A stretch of 63,467 nt of DNA, filler included, from Lenisia limosa (lineage: Eukaryota; Protista; Breviatea), in assembly GCA_001655205.1 (NCBI GenBank). It is 10 parts of 10 records of this genome, joined end to end, with 100 filler letters (N's around TTAATTAATTAA, not from the genome) between each part and the next. Parts side by side here need not be neighbours in the genome. Positions count along the whole stretch, not along the records: positions 19,138 to 23,180 come from LPNZ01009759.1; positions 23,281 to 38,224 come from LPNZ01001276.1; positions 38,325 to 44,665 come from LPNZ01011391.1; 7 more parts are not named here. One strand, given 5' to 3'. Positions 23,136 through 38,397 of the stretch are shown here, in pieces. Position 1 is the stretch's first letter. Each line of letters opens with the position of its first letter. The position numbers and the translations under genes are program-made. Below the pieces are notes generated by a model. It was given only the letters and a program-made list of their open reading frames with translations, was not told where the DNA came from and made no database searches.

Positions 23136-23492
23136 ACTATATGATATACCACTAGTTCCTTATACCCTCCCCCCCCCCCCNNNNNNNNNNNNNNNNNNNN
23201 NNNNNNNNNNNNNNNNNNNNNNNNTTAATTAATTAANNNNNNNNNNNNNNNNNNNNNNNNNNNNNNNNNNNNNNNNNNNNACATATATATATATATAGAT
23301 ATAATATTATATATAATTATATATGATATACTATGTATGTATAGTAGATAGATATATAGATATATATATTATGTATACTTTCACATGTAGTATATCAATA
23401 AATATTATTGTATCTTACATTGTTTAGCCTTCCCCACCACAACAGCCTAAATCCCCAAGTACCCCAAGGATGAGGGTCACTCAGGTCTGAAA

Positions 23493-25336
23493 TTGTGCTT
23501 TATTTGCCTTCTCATCATTCTTGCTGGAACTATTCGCTGGAAATTACCTCCACAAGCTCTTCAATCTTCTCTAATGTTTCAGTCAAACCGTAGCCTCTCC
23601 CCGCGAACCCCTCGCAGCCGAGCCCCCTCAGTGCCAACATCTCGTCCAGATGAACTAGCCATCATCTCTCCCCGAGGCCTCCGCGCCTCTTCATTACGCA
23701 CACGTAGTCAAATCACGTCACTTAGTCCAACTCCTTTATCCCCCCGGGAAAGGAAGCCCTCAGCCCAGAAGTCTTTTGGACGCCTACAGCTCCGAACCAT
23801 GTGCCCCCCAACCTTACCTCGTCTCACTCGATCCGCTGCTCCGTCACCACAGCGCACCCGGCAGCCGGAGGTGTCACGCCAAACGCTACAGCCCATTGGC
23901 ACGACCGTGATTGATCTAAGCTTGTCCATTAGTTCGGCTGGAATTGCCTTGACCAGTCGGCACATTTCCGCCTTAAGTACAGCAATCCTGGACCGATACC
24001 GTGTGATAGCCCAGAAGGAGGCCAACAGGATCTGCCAGGAAGCAGATATTCCTGAAGGCCCTACTTATGACGCGCATTATTCCTCGGTTTTTGAGGCTTT
24101 ACCGAAGTTCCTGGGGGTCCATGCATTGTGTTTGGCCAACATCCCCCTTCCCAGAGGACTTTCAGGACTTCTCACTCGAACTACGCCCCTTCGGAAGCTG
24201 AGTCTGCGAAATAGCGCCATGAACTCCGGGCCCCTCGTCGCCACCATCCGAGCCATCCAGAGCCACTGTCCTTCGCTGAAGTGGCTCGACCTCTGCAATG
24301 CCCACTCCGCCCCAGCCACACCCAACATGCCGCCGGCTCCGGCTACCGGAGCTGGTGAGGCTCTTTGTTCTTTGCTCCAATCGGACGTACCCCTAACTAC
24401 CCTTCTAGTTGACGGAATTCCAATGAGCCACAGTGACATGCTTTCGTTTGGAGCAGGCCTTTGGTCCAATAGGACGCTTATAACACTCTCATGCGCATGC
24501 CTCCATTCCCGGACTTTCTGTCAAGCTGTTGCACCATCTCTCTCCACTCACCCCACTCTCACTGCGGTAAACGTCTCGCGAAACTCAATTCCGCCCGAAT
24601 TTGATGAGGCTTTTCTCATTTCCCTAAACCGTACAGACCTAGTTGCCCTCGGCCTGGCTCGGATAACTTCCAACGCTAGCGGGGTAGCAAGTCTCATTCA
24701 GGCTGCCCCACTTCTAAAGCACATTGATTTGTCGTATCCAGAGCCAATTGGAGGGGAGCATTTCTCCACTGATCCTGGTGAGTCTGTGACCCGTTTCAAG
24801 GGAGAAGATGTCGCGACAGTGATCAGAGCATTGCCTGCGACCACTGACAGTTTGGATCTGAGCGGACACAGTATACCAGTCCCCGCAATTGTGGAACTGA
24901 CCGACTGGGTGTTCTCAACAATTGGCTCTGGCCGCGCACGATGGGTAAGATCCGCCTTTTTTTTTTTATATAGTGACTGTTCTTAGATTGGTTTAAGCCG
25001 AATCAAGATTGGCCCACGCAGCCTTGAAGCCCTTGTGGATGCCTCGGCAAAATGGGTCGAGAAGGGAAGTGGCATTGATGCAGTAAGCCAAGCACTTTTC
25101 ATTCTCTCTGAGAATATTATCCTACCCTAACTAAAAGCGGAATAGTATAATGGTTGTAGATTTCAGCTGTTTCAGCATGTGTTACATTTGACATCCGTGG
25201 CAATGTTGTTGAAGAGGCCTGGCCAGCATGGAGAGCGATGCAGAGACTATTACGCCAAAACCTTGCGTCTGCATATCGTGTTCAGTTCACGACTGGCCAA
25301 GATCTTGAACAGGTTTCAGTTCCCTTCTTTTGTTAG
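23493..25336 (+). CDS. RNI-like leucine-rich-repeat protein with Ser/Pro/Arg-rich N-terminus (start uncertain)
   Basis: LRKLSLRNSAM, LKWLDLCNA, LTTLLVDGIPM, LTAVNVSRNSI, LKHIDLSY, DSLDLSGHSI; two short 3' exons ending ...FDIRGNVV...VPFFC*. Confidence 0.8.
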
Positions 25337-25483
25337 GTTCTTTTGGGTTTGTTTTTTTTTTATTTTTGTTTTCGGTTTGATAGGTTTTATTTAAAGGTAA
25401 TTTGGATAATTTATTATAATACATCATTTTTTTAAGTAACAAACACATCACACATGTGATAAACAGGGAAAATAGAAGACATA

Positions 25484-27509
25484 TTACCATGAAGGCGGAT
25501 CAGCGTCCCAGTCTATTGACTGTGATGCTACATAGTGATTATAGGGAAAGAAACAATTAACATCACCACATTAAAACATTATATCAATTTGCACTTACGA
25601 GGTGTGAAGGCTGGAGAGGGGGACATCAAGCTTTGGTTATAACTTGACGGATTTTGTACAAGAGAAAAAGTTTGACCTGAACTGTAAAGACAGTCACTTG
25701 GTTGCATACATTTGAAGCAATAATATCATATCATAGTATCGTTATATGCCGTATGCTGGGGAGGCACGCAGAAAGCTGTGTACACAGAATTGTATGCAAA
25801 TGATTGGGTGATTGAATATATTATCATTCTGCTAATGGTGGACGGCTTTGGCAGATACAACCTTGTTTTTAGATTTCTCATTTCATATAATATAATATAT
25901 CATATCCACACACATATAAATATATATTATACATATGAATACATGTATGATGATATACAAACAAACTTTTAATAATCAGGTTGTATGTCAAATATCATTT
26001 AACATTAGTATATGATATACTACTTATGATATCCAGAGATGAGAAATAAAACAAGATCTGAGAATGGAGAGCTGAACACCATACTCGGAGGTTCAGAAGG
26101 CTTCTGAGGGGCCATGGGAGGGGGGAGGCGTTTTAGTGCTGGTGTGGGCGCCAACTCTGCTGTGTTGCCCATAGGTTGTATTGTGGGGCTCGCCATTGTT
26201 GTCAATTGTCTGACATTTTTGTTTCGCCTCAAACCGCAAGCGTTGCATAACAGTTCTGAAAGAAGTGAAGTTAAAGGCTAACAGTAGTGATAACACCCTC
26301 AATTCTCCGTTTTTGTAACAGTATTTTGGTAAAATCCCACTGTTTTATTTCTCATCTCTACATATACTCCGCTCAAATTTTGACTTGATTCATCAAAGTG
26401 ATGCGACTCGAAATACAAATTCAATTTCATATAAAGAGAAATGGCAAAACTGTACAATATTTGCAATCTAACCTAAAGTTGCTATGTCTCTTCTCCAACG
26501 AGGGGTCTTAGAGGCGCCACAGTCTGTACAGACTACAGCATTAGGAACACGATATCATTACTTACCACCAGGAGTTTGTTTATTGACAGTTGGTGACCGG
26601 GATGGTTGTGGCTGTGGTTGCAATGGTCGAGTATCTATTGGTCAGTGAAGGCCAATCTTCTTACGACAAACCAATTGCATTTGAGCGATTTGCATTGCTA
26701 CTTTGGCCAAAGTTTTGAGGCTCTGGAGGCTGAAATGTAACAAAAAACCCCGTTCAAATTCATAAAACCACTATAGAAATTAATGAAACAACACAATATC
26801 AAACAAACAATCTTGCCGACCTCAACCATATCTGAGAATCCAGACATATACATAGAAGGTCCATAAGGAAGAGATTGCTCGTTTGGTGGCACCTATGGAG
26901 TAAATAGCAGCTATAAATAAGTGGAAGATGCAACTATCTTGTCTTCTTCTGATACAATTTTCCTCTTTTCAAAATCATTCAATGAAAGTGAGTGAACCAC
27001 CAACCGAAGGAAAGTACCGATTCTCGTAAGGAACTAAAATGTCAATCATCAAAACATTCCAAACTCCATGTGCCTACCAGCAATAACATTGTAGATGCCA
27101 GGCGATAAGTGAGCAGATATCACATGGTTCTTGAATATGAGAAAAGCAGCTATCATATAGTCAAATATAGATATGCATATCATTGGCCCAATCACATTTT
27201 CTCCACATACAATATTATTGTAATCCTTGAGAACAATTCCAGAACAAGGGTGAACGTTGACAGCAGCACATATTGTTTCATGGATTGAAAGCCAAGGGTC
27301 GTCTTCATTGATTGCAACCTGGGAATGAGTAACCATAAATATCAATTTTATTTCTTCACAAATTTACCCTCTCCTTACATGTATACCATATAATAATAAT
27401 ATAATAACAATATGCTAAATATGCCAATATTAAGAGTCATAAGAACCCTGAACCATGACTGACTCACTTTCTCTTCAAGATCTTGAAAAACAACTGTTAT
27501 AACCTTCAT
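25484..27509 (-). CDS. GATA-type zinc-finger transcription factor with possible ubiquitin-like/PB1 N-terminus
   Basis: Spliced VCTDCGASKTPRWRRDIATL|ELLCNACGLRR gives C-x2-C-x18-C-x2-C; N-terminal exons MKVITVVFQDLEEK|VAINEDDPWLSIHETICAAV...; middle exons uncertain. Confidence 0.8.
25750..25895 (+). mobile_element. Family B repeat copy, antisense in GATA-gene intron
   Basis: ATGCTGGGGAGGCACGCAGAAAGCTGTGTACACAG...TGGTGGACGGCTTTGGCAGATACAACCTTGTTTTTAGATTTCTCAT. Confidence 0.8.
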
Positions 27510-27744
27510 GTTATAGCACGATTAAGTTTCCTGCGGGTTTCTTCATTTTATTATAATACAATTCTGAAACATTATTTTTTTATTATATATCAAAAAGAGG
27601 AAGATGATGAACTGCTAGCAGCAAACTGCTGGAGTAATTAAATATAATCTAATTTCGTACAATGAACTGAACTCATGTCATCTAGTTTTCTTTTTACTGT
27701 TTTTTTGCGATATCTACTCCTCTACCTAAACAGGTCAAATCAGA

Positions 27745-28531
27745 ATGGCTCCTGAGGTTTGTTGGAATGAATGTATCTTAGTTTTTTTTGTTTATGAAGA
27801 AATGCACTGGGCACTGAGTTCATCCATGAAGAAATGCATCTGACATTCAAACATACTTCTGAAACACCTTTATTTGATCTTTGTTTTTTTGGCTTGTGTT
27901 CTGACATCGCTTACCTCCATTAGAAGAAGGAAACTGAAGAAGTTACCCAGCTGGGTCCCCAGATCACCGACGGTGAGACTGTCTTTGGCGTTGCCCACAT
28001 CTTCGCCTCTTTCAACGACACTTTCATCCATGTCACCGATCTTTCCGGCAAGGAAACCATCGTCCGTGTCACTGGTTTGTGGGGATTGTCTTTATTTCGG
28101 ATCACTCCCCTCCTTTTTTTCTGTGAGGAAACGCACTGGGCACTGAGTTCATCGTTGAAGAAATGCATCTGACATTCAAAACTTCTGAGACACATTTCTT
28201 CCTTTTTTTCGATATTCTGCTTCTGATTGGGTTCCTCACGCTTTTAGGTGGCATGAAGGTTAAGGCTGATCGTGATGAGTCTTCTCCCTACGCTGCTATG
28301 ATGGCTGCTAAGGACGTTGTCGTCCGGTGCAAGGAGATCGGTATCAACGCTCTCCACATCAAGCTCCGTGCTAAGGGTGGTTCCGGTACTCGTACCCCCG
28401 GCCCAGGTGCCCAGTCTGCCCTCCTCGCTCTTGCTCGCTCCGGCATGAAGATCGGTCACATCGAGGACGTCACTCCCGTCCCCACCGATACCTGCCGTCG
28501 CAAGGGTGGTCGCCGTGGTCGCCGTCTCTAG
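27745..28531 (+). CDS. RPS14: 40S ribosomal protein S14 (uS11), 3 coding exons
   Basis: MAPE|[13 protein letters not shown]...[25 protein letters not shown]...|[17 protein letters not shown]...[11 protein letters not shown]. Confidence 0.98.
27789..27867 (+). ncRNA. Box C/D snoRNA in RPS14 intron 1, snR76/SNORD88-like
   Basis: C ATGAAGA 27794-27800; guide GCACTGGGCA then D' CTGA 27814-27817; C' ATGAAGA; D CTGA 27859-27862; short terminal stem GTTT/AAAC; guide complementary to conserved LSU rRNA UGCCCAGUGC. Confidence 0.8.
28118..28193 (+). ncRNA. Paralogous box C/D snoRNA in RPS14 intron 2
   Basis: C GTGAGGA 28123-28129; same guide GCACTGGGCA-CTGA; C' TTGAAGA; TGACATTCA; D CTGA 28185-28188. 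Confidence 0.8.
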
Positions 28532-28710
28532 TTTGGCTTCAATTTGCTCTGTCTTGTTTTCTTTGTAAACATTCAGACAGATGCAAGTTTCCCAATTCTA
28601 TTCAGTGTGTGTAATTTTCTACTATCCCTAATACCAATCTCAAGATGCGTATGAAATTCAATACACAATAACTGACTCTTAAGAAAAAGAAGATAAATAA
28701 ATAATCAAAA

Positions 28711-31700
28711 TTACTCTGAGAAGAAATTCCAAAGAAGCCATCCTTCACGTCCACATGAAACCATCTAAAAATGTAAAGAAATTGATCTGCTGGAAGACCA
28801 TTGTTATTGATTTTTTTGATTACATGTTGTGCTACGCAGAGTAGACTCTAAAACGAATATTACAAATTAGAGCGCGATTGATTCATGTCACTCATGAACA
28901 TGAAAGTAAAAGTAAAAGCAAAAGAATTTGACGTCTGACACAGACCTGTTTGTTGTCAGTGGAGAACAAAACACGAGTGACTCCTTCAGCATGCCCATCC
29001 ATCTGAAGAGTAAAATGCTAACATAATGTGAAAAAGAAGATATTAAGTTACACTCCTGAAGCTTGGGCTGATACATTTAATAATAAACTGCAAATGACAC
29101 TTTCAAAGTTGTCAAAAAAACCCTTATATCACACCCTTACCATTGAGATGTAGCTGCCATTATTGAAGTCCCAGAGAGCAAGGCGGCCGGTAGTGGTTCC
29201 AACAACCAAAAACTGGTTGTCATGGCTGAGAGCTAGAGACTACAACGTAAAACAGAAAGCGTTCGATGGATCCCGGTTAATTTCATCTTTAAAAATATCA
29301 TAATATTACATATTTGTGTCCAAGATTTCACAACAACTCGGACAATTATTCAGAGGTAAACAACTACAAGCATACCACCGGGTCTCCGTCGCCGCTCCCG
29401 TCGACAGCTTGTGTGGGATGTTTGTCACGGATGTCCCAGAAGCTAGAATGATGAGAAATGGAATACAGCATAACCATAATCATAAGAAAGCATGCAACCC
29501 TCTCTTACGTCAAGCGTCTGTCTTGTCCGCAGGTTACCGCCTGAAGTTATCAGAAAGAAAACTCAGGTCAGACGCAAACCTGAGTCTGGTCTGAGGCCAG
29601 GGCCAAGTCATAGAACGCCCCATTGTCAATACTGTGTTGAGACACCCTCCTCTCGTCCTTTGAAGTTAATAAAAGAGCACAAGATCACTGAATGAACAAC
29701 AAAATGACCTTGCTCACCCTCAGATCCCACACGATGAACGACCGATCCTTTGCACAAGAAACACAGTGACGGTCATCATCAAGAATCGCTACAGAGGTCA
29801 TCATCAACAGAATCGAATTAATATCAACCTGCTTAACAAAAAAACCCAAATGAGTAGAGAAGAGATTTTGATGCAATCATGTGATGCAATCCAGAGTATT
29901 ACTAACATACCAATCCTGACGATTTCCAGTCTGTGCTCCTTGAGTTGGGCCACGAGGTCACGGGTTCTAATTTCCCATACCCTCACTGCCCCCTCGCCAC
30001 CCCCAGAAACGATGAATCTCTGAAAGTATTAAGCAATCCAATCATAGGGGAGGGGAGGGGGGCTTCCAACGAGTATTACAGTGTTTACTTACATTGGTAT
30101 TGGCAACAGCAAGAGCAGTGACACCCTTTCCATGAGCGTCCTTAATTTCCCAAAGATCTTCTCCTACAAATGAGTTATTGCTTCCTCACATCCAGTAAAA
30201 ACGCCCAACCAACCAGTATCACCATCCATAGCTCTGATCCACCCGTCGTCGAAGCCTGCAACAACCATTTCGCCAACCCACACGACGCATTTTGGCAACA
30301 TATATCAGTCACATTGCATCATCATTCTCACCTCGATTTTGTGGCCTTGGACATTAGTCTGATAGTTGTGGCTTGCAGTAATGCGGTAAGATTCAAGATC
30401 CCAGACACAAACCTGGATAATAAAACAAGCAAACACACCAGATTAAAGCAAATGTGACAAACCATTCCGTCTTTCGATACAGTTGCAAGACGAGAAGAAT
30501 CCTTTTTAGGGTACGCAGCATCCTATTCAAAATTAGTTGGAACAATACAGCTATCAATATTTTCCACTTGGAGGAAAGAACTGCAAGAAGTTGAACTATA
30601 GTTTGTTGAAACCATTTTCCGCATTATCCCCCCCCTCCCCTGCAGCTTACAACGACAGTGTTGGAAACTGCCTCAATTTTGAGGTGGGCATCCAGGGTGT
30701 CAGGATCAACATCAAAGATCATAGACTACAGGTGTTAGGAGTGGTTATTTTATCACAAACGATTCAAATGTATTTCTTACTAAACAAATGCATCGTTTCC
30801 CACATACATCAGTAGTTCCAACAATAAGACGGTCCCCAAAGTAGATGGATGCTACGGTTCCTCCAACTCTGTGACTCACCTGTCGAAATCAAACGTAAAT
30901 ACATCCAATAAGAATCAACTGCTCAAAATACACTGACCACGGAAAGACTTGATCTATTGGGAAATCTGTTATTATCGGTTGAGCTTTACAACGCTCGCTG
31001 CATTTGACACAAAATCATATGATACACTATGTATAGCTAACCGAAGCATGCTCGTCGAATTCTGCAGCCTCTCCATTAACCCAGTGGATATATCCGTCAG
31101 ATGTTCCACAGAGCACTGCGTTGGAGGTTGCCAGGATACACGACACACCCGCGCGGCAAACGTAGTGCTGGGCCTGAAGAATAAAAAATACTCCAAGAAA
31201 GGGAGAGTCGATGACAGTTGTTGAAAAAAATATTGGCTCACTCTGAGAACACGGGATCTGACGTGTACACTCACGAAGTCTCCAGAATTGGATCCAGCAT
31301 AGAACTATAGTATTAATGACAAATCTCCCAAAAACCTTTACAAAGCCCCACTTACATATTGACCTGAAGGGGCAAAGGTGATGCAGCTATAATCACGAGT
31401 AGTACTTCCACTTTGAACCTGAACATAATTAATCACAAGTTTCTACATATGATATACAATATAGAATTGATATATCCTTTAAAACATAATAGTGTAAACA
31501 ACCTTGGTCAGACACAAACTTGTTCTTTTAATGTACTATAATTAACACATAAATACCCATATCCGATAAGTACGTAGATTCAAGAGGCAGCACCTTTTCA
31601 ACTTCGATTTCTCCAGTTCTGGGGCAAACAGTCCAGAGTCTCAGAGACCTGTCACCCCCTCCGGTTGCAAAAACGTAATTCTCAGTAGCACGTTTCTTCA

Positions 31701-32496
31701 CATCTAACAAAATTAGTGGTGTTCTTGCTTTGTTTGAAATTCCTTGAAATACCAACCAAGTTCATGGCCACCCCAAGTGACACAGTTGATAGGGGGCTGA
31801 TTGGATTTCGTGCCAATAATGCAACCACTAGATCCATTATGCTGTTAACCAAAATGATACAAACCTCTCGACATCCCAAACAAAAACGCGTCCATCACGC
31901 TCAACGCCACAGGACACCAGCATTCTCATGTCGTCGGTGAAATCAAGACACTGCACTCCATAGTCATGTTCAGAAAGTCTAAAGAAGTCAAATGAATAAA
32001 GTCATTCATGCCAATTACCTATAAAGCAACTTTCTCTTGGTAACGTCCCAAATGCAAACATCACTATTCTGTCCCAGTTGACCAGAGGCAAGGAGTGATC
32101 CCTGATTGCATTACAAAGATAGGGAGGGAGGAGGGAAGGCTTATTGCGGTTTATTTTGTGATATTTTCATATTAGACCAAGTTTAAGCCAGCATACATCC
32201 TTGGAAAGGGCTAAGCAAGAAACTTCATCGTCATGCCCGCGAAGGAAGTGTTGGTTATGGGAATCATTAATATCAGTAAAGATAATCAGTGCACCTAAAG
32301 AGGTTAAATAAGCGAATTAGCGAAAAAAAACGTCAAAACAGTTGGCTCACCGGCAGCATAGATAAGATATTGTCCATCTGGATGCATAAATACACTGTTC
32401 TAAATATATTAGATTCAATGAACCAAATAGTATATCTACCTTCGCCTTGCCGTTGAACCCAACAGTGTGTTCCAGCTCAAGTTCAGGTTCTCCCAT
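28711..32496 (-). CDS. WD40-repeat protein, CFAP52/WDR16-like (ciliary)
   Basis: MGEPELELEHTVGFNGK...MHPDGQYLIYAAG...QHFLRGHDDEVSCLALSKDGSLLASGQ resembles the CFAP52 N-terminus; many further WD exons to ...WLLWNFFSE*. Confidence 0.75.
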
Positions 32497-32776
32497 TTTT
32501 GTAACTCGTGTACTCGTGTGTCTAACGTGTAACTCTCCTCAATATTACATCAACAAAAAAATTTCAGAATTACTTTTATATGAAAATATTCTGGGGTTGC
32601 AATTAGATACAGTCCCTTTCAAGACCGGGGGGTTTTTTTGAAAATGAACAAAAAGCCGCATTAATTAACTAAACATAGCATTTATTGTTGATAACAGAGT
32701 CTATTTGAAGTCATAAAGTTATTAGTTGTTCACCCAAATTGATTTTGGGCTTAAGAGGCCTTCTTGAGTATTTATA

Positions 32777-35242
<2,466 letters not shown>

Positions 35243-35349
35243 CCAGACTGTTTCATTCTATTTTTTTTTTTCTATGCATTCTACTGTTTTTTTTTTGTGT
35301 ATCTGGAATTGAAACAATTAAATATTAAAAGAAACAACGATAAAGACAA

Positions 35350-38029
35350 TTACTCATACTTTTGGGAGCAAAAGCCTGGCTCCCTAATGAATTGCTATAT
35401 GGTCAGAACAAGCATAATTGTTGGGTCAGGGATAGGTCAACACAATAATTAATATCCCGTTTCTTTAGGTTTTTTAACAGCAGCTCATGTCTAAAAGGCA
35501 GTTCACTCCTCAGCTTACAGAAATGAAAACAATAAAGTCTTCAATACGACAAAGCTGGCCACACGCTGAAGAATTAGAAATCGCCAAGAACAGTTTGGAT
35601 TTGGAGCTCACCCATTGTAATTGGTGTGTCATTCAAAAGTGCTCTGACGTAGTCAACTGGCTCTTCTGAAAAGGTCAGGAAAAAATTCTGAAGTACAAAC
35701 TGTGATCTCGATAAACTTCAATCGAAAGGGCGGAGGCATAAGGTATCCAAAGGTCCATTGGGAATCCAAGTGCTGCAGAGAGAGGAAGAATCTAAACTTC
35801 ATAAACAACATGTCAGATTCAAAGCCTACAGTTGAATCATGTCCGACAAAGACCATCATCTTCTTTTGTTTTGGCTTTGTCAAAAAGGGCATCAATTCCT
35901 AAACTATTAGGACTGATACCCTTTTTAAAAAATCAAGTACATTATTAAGATAGTGATGAAAGAGAAAGAAAAGATAAAAAAAATTATTGATTCCATTTTT
36001 TTTAAAAAAAAAGGGAACTACATACTTCAATGAAAGCACCCGCCCAGGCCTTCAGCGCCATTGTTCGATCAGGGGCAAGTAAGTGCTCATTGAATCGCCA
36101 AACCATAACTTCTTGGAACTATTTTGTTAATGATGTGATTAATGGCTTGCACTCAACTCACCAAAGCCACATCTTCTCGTGTTACACCCTTCGGAAGTTC
36201 CATATTCTGGAGGGATAAGACCATCAATGAGACTTACGTGGCAATGGTGACATGTCAGGCAGTCATATGCAACATCAATATCGAAATCTGTGTCTGACTT
36301 TTCCATACTCCTTTGGATATGAGCCTGCAAAGGTAAGATACCGTTTCAGCTAAAAAAAAAAGCTTACAAAGAACTTATGGTGCTTCTTCATGTAATTAAT
36401 GTAAGTTCCTGACTGCCTCGCTTTTGTCAGAAGAGTTCCCAGCTATAAGTAGTAAAGAAGAAAGGAGCATGTCCTATGTTGCAAAAAAATGAAACTCTGT
36501 TAGAAGATAACGCAAATATTTCCCACTAACAATTGGACAATTTTTCTTTGAGGGTATCATTGGGTCCACCTAAACATTGAGCAGTCAAAGAGCTTGGTCC
36601 CTTAAAAAGACTGGATTAACAACAAATTCTCGATTGAGACTACCCTCCTACTTGTGAGTCCATTGTGTTGATGATGATCGTATCGGTGGAGTTGTGGTCA
36701 GATGGGTACTGTGTTGGTCAGTTTACAAAATGAAACCGCGAAGACCCCTTGTGATTGTTGGATACACTGGATGAAATGTTACATAAACATAGAGTTATTC
36801 AGTTAGTCTGTTTGGATTGGACCAAGTATCAATAATTGTATAACATACCAGTCCTTTGAGGAAAGAATCACTCGACGACAAAGTTCGGCTTACATCAGTA
36901 CTAAAGCGTGAAAATAATCGTCTGTGGGGCTTTCCGAAGTCCTTTCCCACCTTCTAATATACACACTATCTGCATTGAAAGTGGGTTCTAAGATGCCATG
37001 ACGATCAACGTAAATCTCCCTCATACGAGCACCGTTCTACAACCAAATGAAGAAAGCATGTGTGTGACGAAAATAACACGAACTTCCCTTCAGCCCAATA
37101 AAGACTGGGGAATTTTCATTATTTATCAAGGATTCATTGCGAATCAATTCTTTTATGAAACTGAAGTGAAGCCTAAGAGCATATCATATGAGATGCATTA
37201 TTGCCAACCCTATGGTGCTGTGCGTGGCCTCTTGAGGTGAGTTCAGACATGCCGCAGGTTCCCATGTGGATGTTCCTATCCTCCAAGTACGACTTTCTAA
37301 AGAAATAAACAGCTTCGTCAGATCAATAAGGGTGAAATACATGGTATTTCAATGTGGTGCTATCGTCTCGGTCAAGTAACCACCATTCCGCCCCTCCCCC
37401 CCTCCCCTCTCGATCCAGACAACTTACATGAGAAGGCGATGAGGATGGCGATACATNNNNNNNNNNNNNNNNNNNNNNNNNNNNNNNNNNNNNNNNNNNN
37501 NNNNNNNNNNNNNNNNNNNNNGTGATAAGCTCAGAATCCGTAAAGAGCCTTTTGTTTTCAGTGCAATTCCACCTGATGGCGTTAATGTAGAAAGAAAAAG
37601 TCAGATAATACCATGTATCCATTATATGCTCTTAGTCTTAGAAAAATAAAGAAGCATACTTCTGCTTTTGGCCTTCCCAGCAACGAGTCTGTGTATGTGG
37701 TGCCCTGTCTCCATGTCGCATCACCACCTGGGGGGTATGAGCACTCACTAATATTGATATGGTAAGATGGCAAATATATAATACAGAGAGAAAAAGGAGA
37801 ACTATCAGAGCCTTCCTTTATTAACATTATTTGGTCAAATATGCACATTAATCTTGAAAGAAGTACCTCAACAAACGACGTCACAGCATACCACAACATG
37901 AGAGAGGTGAAGGTTGGGGTTCTTGACAGCTGGATACTCTGGCCATGGTCGCTCACACACCTGTAATGCAGAACTAAAATGAAGGAACAAGAAAGCCAGA
38001 AGACTCAGAAGGAGAAAGGGGTGGTGCAT
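35350..38029 (-). CDS. Secreted/lysosomal histidine acid phosphatase (clade 2)
   Basis: Signal peptide MHHPFLLLSLLAFLFLHFSSA; catalytic VMRHGDRAP; TDVSRTLSS; FVGHDST; WIPYASALSIEVY. Confidence 0.92.
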
Positions 38030-38397
38030 CCTTGTTTCTTGCCCTCTCTATTTCTCCGCTTCTTTTTCTTGACTCCTTGAACCACCCTCTTGAACCTTCT
38101 CTTATTGTGAATAATATAATATAAGTGTGTAAGTGTTTCTGCTCTGTGTGCAATCAGCAATCAGCAGTAAGGGTTGAAAAGTTACGGCTGCTCAACTTGG
38201 GCCATTTTTTCTGTGTGTAATATANNNNNNNNNNNNNNNNNNNNNNNNNNNNNNNNNNNNNNNNNNNNTTAATTAATTAANNNNNNNNNNNNNNNNNNNN
38301 NNNNNNNNNNNNNNNNNNNNNNNNGAAAAATAAAATTCGGAGTTATATTATAAAATTCGGAGTTTTGGCGCTCCAGCATATATAAAAAAGACCCCAC

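Noticed and set aside
25745-25800. Group II intron domain V or hammerhead ribozyme in family B repeat
   Set aside because: GCCGTATGC...GAAAG similarity is confined to one copy's flank; no complete D5 stem and no CUGAUGA/GAAA core.
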